Assembly: GCA_964355945.1 (NCBI GenBank)
Contig: CAYHGE010000001.1
Coordinates: 48,259 to 112,258, forward strand
Reading direction: 5' to 3'
Source of the DNA: an uncultured Draconibacterium sp.
Lineage (GTDB): Bacteria; Bacteroidota; Bacteroidia; Bacteroidales; FEN-979
Length of the DNA: 64,000 nucleotides
Shown here: positions 59,792 to 64,000 of the stretch, piece by piece
How positions within the stretch are numbered: the stretch's first letter is position 1
Layout: each line of letters starts with the position of its first letter
Notes under the pieces: model-generated
What the model saw: the letters and a program-made list of their open reading frames with translations, nothing else
Database searches by the model: none
Told to the model about the DNA's origin: nothing
Made by a program: the position numbers and the translations under genes

Positions 59792-60565
59792 ATGGAGGAG
59801 AAAGCAGCAGCATTTACGAGATTATTGGAAATCATGGATGAACTTCGGGCCAAGTGTCCGTGGGATAAAAAGCAGACCATTGCATCTTTAAGATATCTGA
59901 CCATAGAAGAGACTTACGAACTCTCAGAATCAATTTTACAGAATGACATGGAGTCATTGAAAAAGGAACTGGGAGATCTGATGCTTCATCTGGTTTTTTA
60001 TTCAAAAATTGCTTCTGAAAAGAACTCATTTGATATCAAAGATGTGTTGGAGAGCATCACTGAAAAATTAATTCACCGGCATCCGCATATTTTTGGCGAT
60101 GTTGTTGTGAAGGATGCCAAGGAGGTTCACGATAACTGGGAGCGCATCAAACTTAAGGAGAAAGGAAACAAGTCGGTACTTTCAGGTGTTCCAACCGGTC
60201 TGCCGGCCATGGTAAAGGCTTACCGCATCCAGGAGAAGGCAAGCGGAGTCGGTTTCGACTGGGAAAAACCTGAACAGGTATGGGATAAGGTGATGGAAGA
60301 GTTGGGCGAGTTAAAGGAGATGGTTGAAGAAGGGGCCGGGCAAAAAAGAAAAGAGGACGAACTTGGCGATCTTTTGTTTGCGGTTGTCAATTATGCCAGG
60401 TTTATCGATGTCAATCCGGAAGATGCACTTGAGAGTACGAACCGGAAATTTATTAAACGGTTTAAACATCTTGAAGAGTCTGCACGGGCAATCAACAAGC
60501 CTTTACATGAGATGACACTTGCAGAGATGGATGTATTCTGGAATGAAGCAAAAAAAATCGGTTAA
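59792..60565 (+). CDS. mazG: Nucleoside triphosphate pyrophosphohydrolase
   Basis: LR..CPWD.KQT, EETYE, ELGD, KLIHRHPHIF, GFDW, ELGDLLF, KF.KRF. TATTTTTG at 59769-59776. Confidence 0.97.
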   Translation: MEEKAAAFTRLLEIMDELRAKCPWDKKQTIASLRYLTIEETYELSESILQNDMESLKKELGDLMLHLVFYSKIASEKNSFDIKDVLESITEKLIHRHPHIFGDVVVKDAKEVHDNWERIKLKEKGNKSVLSGVPTGLPAMVKAYRIQEKASGVGFDWEKPEQVWDKVMEELGELKEMVEEGAGQKRKEDELGDLLFAVVNYARFIDVNPEDALESTNRKFIKRFKHLEESARAINKPLHEMTLAEMDVFWNEAKKIG

Positions 60566-61509
60566 GGTTTCTGCATCGGCTCATCAAGATCCATTCTGAT
60601 CTGTTTTGTTACCCAGTGCGAGAGTTTTCCGGCTCCGGCATGATTCAAATGGTTCTCATCGAACCAGTTATCCTTATCATTGAAAATTTCCCCGGGAGGA
60701 ATCAACACGTTGCCAAACTTCTGGTAGGTGACCATTTCCAATGGCTCTCTCTCAGGCGAACCATACTGCGGGATATAGAGAAAATTCAAAAGGATATGAT
60801 TTTTCATGCACAACTCTGATAATTCTTTAAGGTAGCTGCGCGGATAGGTCATATAGAAGGAGCGTTCAAGGCTATTAAGGCCCTTCCTTGGCTTCTTTTG
60901 TCCCAGGTCGATCTTTTCAAGGTATGCTTTTGAGGCGGTATCTGCTGACCCCATGAAACCGAAATCATTGGTTCTGACTGGCACCAGTGAGTCCTTGGTG
61001 AAGTATTCCGCCTTTATTATTTTCAGACGAAAAAGAAAAGAGTCGAAGTAGTCTCTTCCCAGGTCGCGGTTAAAGAAAGGCGATGCAAGGAATATGTCGC
61101 TGGCATCGGCAAGATATGGGAAAACCGGATGGCTGTAGCGGCTTTCATCTTCACGCACTTCAAGAAACAGGATTTTGGGTTTTTTATTCCGAAGGATCTC
61201 CTTCAGTAATACAGGATAGATGTTCACCCCATACCGGCAATACCCCAGATTTACAACATGTAACGTGGAAGTATTTAGTTGATTTTGAATATATTCATCC
61301 ATGATTCCGTTGATGCTGTGGGATGATCCAAAAAATGCAACATCAACAGGCTGGGGATTCAGGTGAATCCGGTCGTAAAACCATATGCCATGGTATGAGC
61401 AATCTTCCTTTAACTGAATGAATCGTTGTCTTCTGTCGACAGGAATAAGATATACCACTAAAACCAGGATGAGGGTAAAGAGAAAGATGTTAATCACAAG
61501 TCGTTTCAT
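60562..61509 (-). CDS. Membrane-anchored SGNH-like protein, putative MBOAT partner
   Basis: N-terminal TM; FFGSSH, NLG, FDENHLN (DxxH); follows the MBOAT. Start set to ATG 61509. Confidence 0.7.
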   Translation of the reverse strand: MKRLVINIFLFTLILVLVVYLIPVDRRQRFIQLKEDCSYHGIWFYDRIHLNPQPVDVAFFGSSHSINGIMDEYIQNQLNTSTLHVVNLGYCRYGVNIYPVLLKEILRNKKPKILFLEVREDESRYSHPVFPYLADASDIFLASPFFNRDLGRDYFDSFLFRLKIIKAEYFTKDSLVPVRTNDFGFMGSADTASKAYLEKIDLGQKKPRKGLNSLERSFYMTYPRSYLKELSELCMKNHILLNFLYIPQYGSPEREPLEMVTYQKFGNVLIPPGEIFNDKDNWFDENHLNHAGAGKLSHWVTKQIRMDLDEPMQKP

Positions 61510-61531
61510 TAATTCCCTGGTCTGATGAAGA

Positions 61532-63043
61532 TTAAAACTGAAAATAGACAAATGAATTGGTTTCGGCTATTCCAAAATAGCAGATCATTAGAACGAGCAG
61601 ATAATACGTCAGCCACCTCACGGGCAGAGGCAGGACTGAAAATTTTAGTCTGGTTGCATCCTCCTGAAAAAAGGATTCAATAACGATGACAGAGGGTATG
61701 AACAGCAGAAGGATTCCCGCTTCGGGCAAGCTCAGGTGCTGCTGATTTAACAATCCCAGTATTGTTGAAATGGCTCCCCCCATTGTGTAACTGTTCCATC
61801 CGGACGGAAGTTTACATATGATCTCCATGGCGGTTCCGAGATCGGGTGCACGAAAGAAGATCCAGGCGAAACAGACGAGGATGAATGTGATTGAAACCTG
61901 GATTGCATTGAATGCTATTTTGAAATTGGAGAACCCGGTTTTTTTGTAGAATCGTTTTTTAGGTTTTTCGAGCAGTGAGCCTGTGACAAGGTATATTGCA
62001 TAGATGCCACCCCATGCAATAAAATTCCAGCCTATACCATGCCAGAGGCCGCACAGCAGAAATGTTACGGAAATTGCAATGGTATAAATATATTTGTCAA
62101 CCCTGATACCGGCATAGGCTTCTTTTTTCAATTTGGCCGAGACATAATAAGCCACGGGAAGAAAAAGGTAGTCCCTTAACCATTGGGATAATGTAATATG
62201 CCAGCGGTTCCAGAATTCTTTAATGGATTTTGCGAGGTAGGGGCTGTTGAAATTCCTTGATAAACTGAAGCCAAGGATTCTTGCGGCTCCCCTTGCAATG
62301 TCGATATAGCCGGAAAAATCCATGTAGATCTGAAATGCATAGAGGATTGTTGAAAATACGAGCAGAGGCCCATGCCAGTTTTCCCGGTTGTCATATACGC
62401 CATTCACCATCAGGGAAAGGTGATCGGCGATGACCAGCTTTTTGAAAAAGCCCCAGAGCATCAGGCGTATTCCGCTTGTTACTTCCTGATAATCAAATTC
62501 GTGAACGTTCCGAAGCTGGGGGATAAAATGCTGAGGTCTTTCAATCGGTCCCTGGATCAGCTTTGGGAAAAAGGAGATGTAGCAGGCGAAATACCCAAGA
62601 TGATTTTCTGCCTCGATATTTTTTCTTTTTATTTCAACCAGGTAGCTGATGTTGGTGAAGGTATAGAAGGAGATTCCAAGCGGGAGAATAATATTTTGGA
62701 GGATGGGTTCTCCGGACCCTGCATTTGCTGAGATGCCGGTGAAAAAACCGAACAAAGCATTGGCATATCTGAAGAGGGCGAGCAGCAAAATATTGATGAG
62801 AATACCTGTCGTCAATGCCCGCTTCCTGGCGGGATTGTTTGTGCAGCTGCTGATCCGGATTCCCAGAATATAATTTGTAACAATGCTGAAAATAAGCACC
62901 AGTGCATAAACCGGAATTGAGAAAAGATAGAAAACCAATGAAGCAGCCAGGAGCAAAATCCATCGATTCCGGGATGGCATCCAGTAGTATACAATGGTCG
63001 AGATCGCAAAGAAAACGAGAAAATTCAGCGAGGTGAAGAGCAT
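61532..63043 (-). CDS. MBOAT O-acyltransferase (AlgI/PatA/DltB-like)
   Basis: MLFTS, LPLGISFYTF, QGPIER, QIYMDFSGY.DIA, FWNRWHITLSQWLRDY, GLWHG, terminal FVYFQF. TAAATTTG at 63067-63074. Confidence 0.95.
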   Translation of the reverse strand: MLFTSLNFLVFFAISTIVYYWMPSRNRWILLLAASLVFYLFSIPVYALVLIFSIVTNYILGIRISSCTNNPARKRALTTGILINILLLALFRYANALFGFFTGISANAGSGEPILQNIILPLGISFYTFTNISYLVEIKRKNIEAENHLGYFACYISFFPKLIQGPIERPQHFIPQLRNVHEFDYQEVTSGIRLMLWGFFKKLVIADHLSLMVNGVYDNRENWHGPLLVFSTILYAFQIYMDFSGYIDIARGAARILGFSLSRNFNSPYLAKSIKEFWNRWHITLSQWLRDYLFLPVAYYVSAKLKKEAYAGIRVDKYIYTIAISVTFLLCGLWHGIGWNFIAWGGIYAIYLVTGSLLEKPKKRFYKKTGFSNFKIAFNAIQVSITFILVCFAWIFFRAPDLGTAMEIICKLPSGWNSYTMGGAISTILGLLNQQHLSLPEAGILLLFIPSVIVIESFFQEDATRLKFSVLPLPVRWLTYYLLVLMICYFGIAETNSFVYFQF

Positions 63044-63089
63044 TGTGTAAAGCGATAAATGGCAATCAAATTTAGATTATTTTTCGGTC

Positions 63090-63123
63090 AAAAAAAAGGC
63101 CGTTTCGCAATTGCGGAACGGCC
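63090..63123 (-). terminator. Rho-independent terminator of ahpC
   Basis: Minus strand GGCCGTTCCGC-AATT-GCGAAACGGCC followed by T8. Confidence 0.85.
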
Positions 63124-63144
63124 ATGATTCGCTGAAGCGAAATC

Positions 63145-63777
63145 TTAGTGTTTACCAAGGTAGTCTGCAACACCTTCTGCAGTTGCTTTCATTCCGGCAT
63201 CACCTTTGTGCCAGTTTGCGGGGCAAACTTCGCCATTTTCTTCAAAGAACTGAAGTGCATCAACCATGCGGAGTGCTTCGTCAACGCTTCTGCCAAGCGG
63301 CAGATCGTTCACAACCTGATGGCGTACAACACCTGTCTTGTCGATCAGGAAAAGACCACGGTATGCAACAGGTCCACCCACGAATTCAAGGTTGCCATCT
63401 TCGTTGTAATCGTAATCGCCTGCCAGCACATCGAAGTTTGCTGAAATGGTCTTGGAAAGATCTGATACAATTGGGAATTTGACGCCTTTGATCCCGCCAT
63501 TTTTGAGTTCGGTATTCAGCCAGGCCCAATGAGAAAATTTGGAGTCAACGGAACATCCGACAACTGCAACATTTCTTGCTTCGAATTCTGCGAGTTTATC
63601 CTGGAATGCAACGATTTCCGTGGGACAAACAAAGGTAAAGTCGAGCGGATAAAAGAAGAAAACCACATGTTTTTTGCCAATGTACTGGGCAAGTGAGAAC
63701 TTGTCAACAAATTCACCGCCATTGATAACGGCTTCTGCTTCAAACAAAGGAGCTTTTTTTCCAACTAATACTGCCAT
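63145..63777 (-). CDS. ahpC: Typical 2-Cys peroxiredoxin (AhpC/Prx1)
   Basis: FYPLDFTFVCPTE, GEVCPANW, NDLPLGRS. Confidence 0.95.
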   Translation of the reverse strand: MAVLVGKKAPLFEAEAVINGGEFVDKFSLAQYIGKKHVVFFFYPLDFTFVCPTEIVAFQDKLAEFEARNVAVVGCSVDSKFSHWAWLNTELKNGGIKGVKFPIVSDLSKTISANFDVLAGDYDYNEDGNLEFVGGPVAYRGLFLIDKTGVVRHQVVNDLPLGRSVDEALRMVDALQFFEENGEVCPANWHKGDAGMKATAEGVADYLGKH

Positions 63778-63812
63778 AAATATACGTTTTAGATTAAGAT
63801 TTTTCTTTGGTG

Positions 63813-63820
63813 CAAAGATA
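63813..63820 (-). promoter_or_regulatory. -7 promoter element (TATCTTTG) for ahpC
   Basis: TAnnTTTG match 35 nt before the ATG. Confidence 0.5.
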
Positions 63821-64000
63821 GGGATTATTAAGAAACAGTTTTAATAGGATTAAGAAAAAAATAATTATTTAAAATCACTGAGATCAAAGGGTAGTGGAGA
63901 ATTCGTTATAAAATCAAACAGGGTCAATTTGCGAATTTCAAAATAGGTTCTCCAGAATGTTTGCAGGGCTGCATAATAGTTTTTTTCAGAATCATCTCTG

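Noticed and set aside
59792..60565. mazG as an anti-phage or toxin-antitoxin component
   Set aside because: It is the ordinary tandem-domain housekeeping MazG, with no mazEF or defence genes nearby.
22580..60565. Convergent gene ends that overlap or abut (thrH/S8, folA/42475, TPR/OMP, mazG/SGNH)
   Set aside because: Short 3' overlaps are common in compact genomes, and nothing indicates antisense regulation.
343..63764. Numerous short (60-240 aa) ORFs in the track that overlap long genes on the opposite strand or in another frame
   Set aside because: They are shadows of well-supported CDSs and have no recognisable motifs.
63778..64000. OxyR or PerR operator upstream of ahpC
   Set aside because: Only partial ATAG and AT-rich matches, without the correct repeat spacing.

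Overview
The window is chromosomal DNA from a Bacteroidota (probably Bacteroidales-like) bacterium. The assignment rests on many TAnnTTTG -7 promoter motifs, three T9SS C-terminal-domain proteins, and the nif3/zinc-ribbon/TPR and lipoprotein/OMP/proS gene arrangements. About 50 tightly packed CDSs are present. From left to right: (1) a surface-glycan synthesis and modification locus (O-antigen ligase-like, GT2, flippase, GT4, GNAT, MBOAT+SGNH, deacetylase, ArnT-like, LtaS-like, GT-C-like); (2) purB and an Omp28-like T9SS protein; (3) a sulfur/threonine cluster (trans-sulfuration enzyme-thrC-thrH, plant-type methionine gamma-lyase) beside a large S8/GEVED T9SS protease; (4) gcvP; (5) an ECF sigma / dual-membrane-spanning anti-sigma / PKD-T9SS trio; (6) a divergent membrane pyrophosphatase; (7) housekeeping genes (nupG-like, thyA, folA, dnaB, PNP, lpxK, proS, mazG, ahpC), two lipid A deacylase-like barrels and a second MBOAT+SGNH pair. 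No rRNA, tRNA, CRISPR array, transposase or prophage gene was recognised. Several short REP-like palindromes and heptamer repeats lie in intergenic gaps. The best candidate system is the ECF sigma + envelope-spanning anti-sigma + secreted PKD protein module. An identically spaced motif, AGGCAACCTTT-N12-GTTAT, sits upstream of both the sigma gene and the PKD gene. All calls come from reading motifs by eye; no database search was run.
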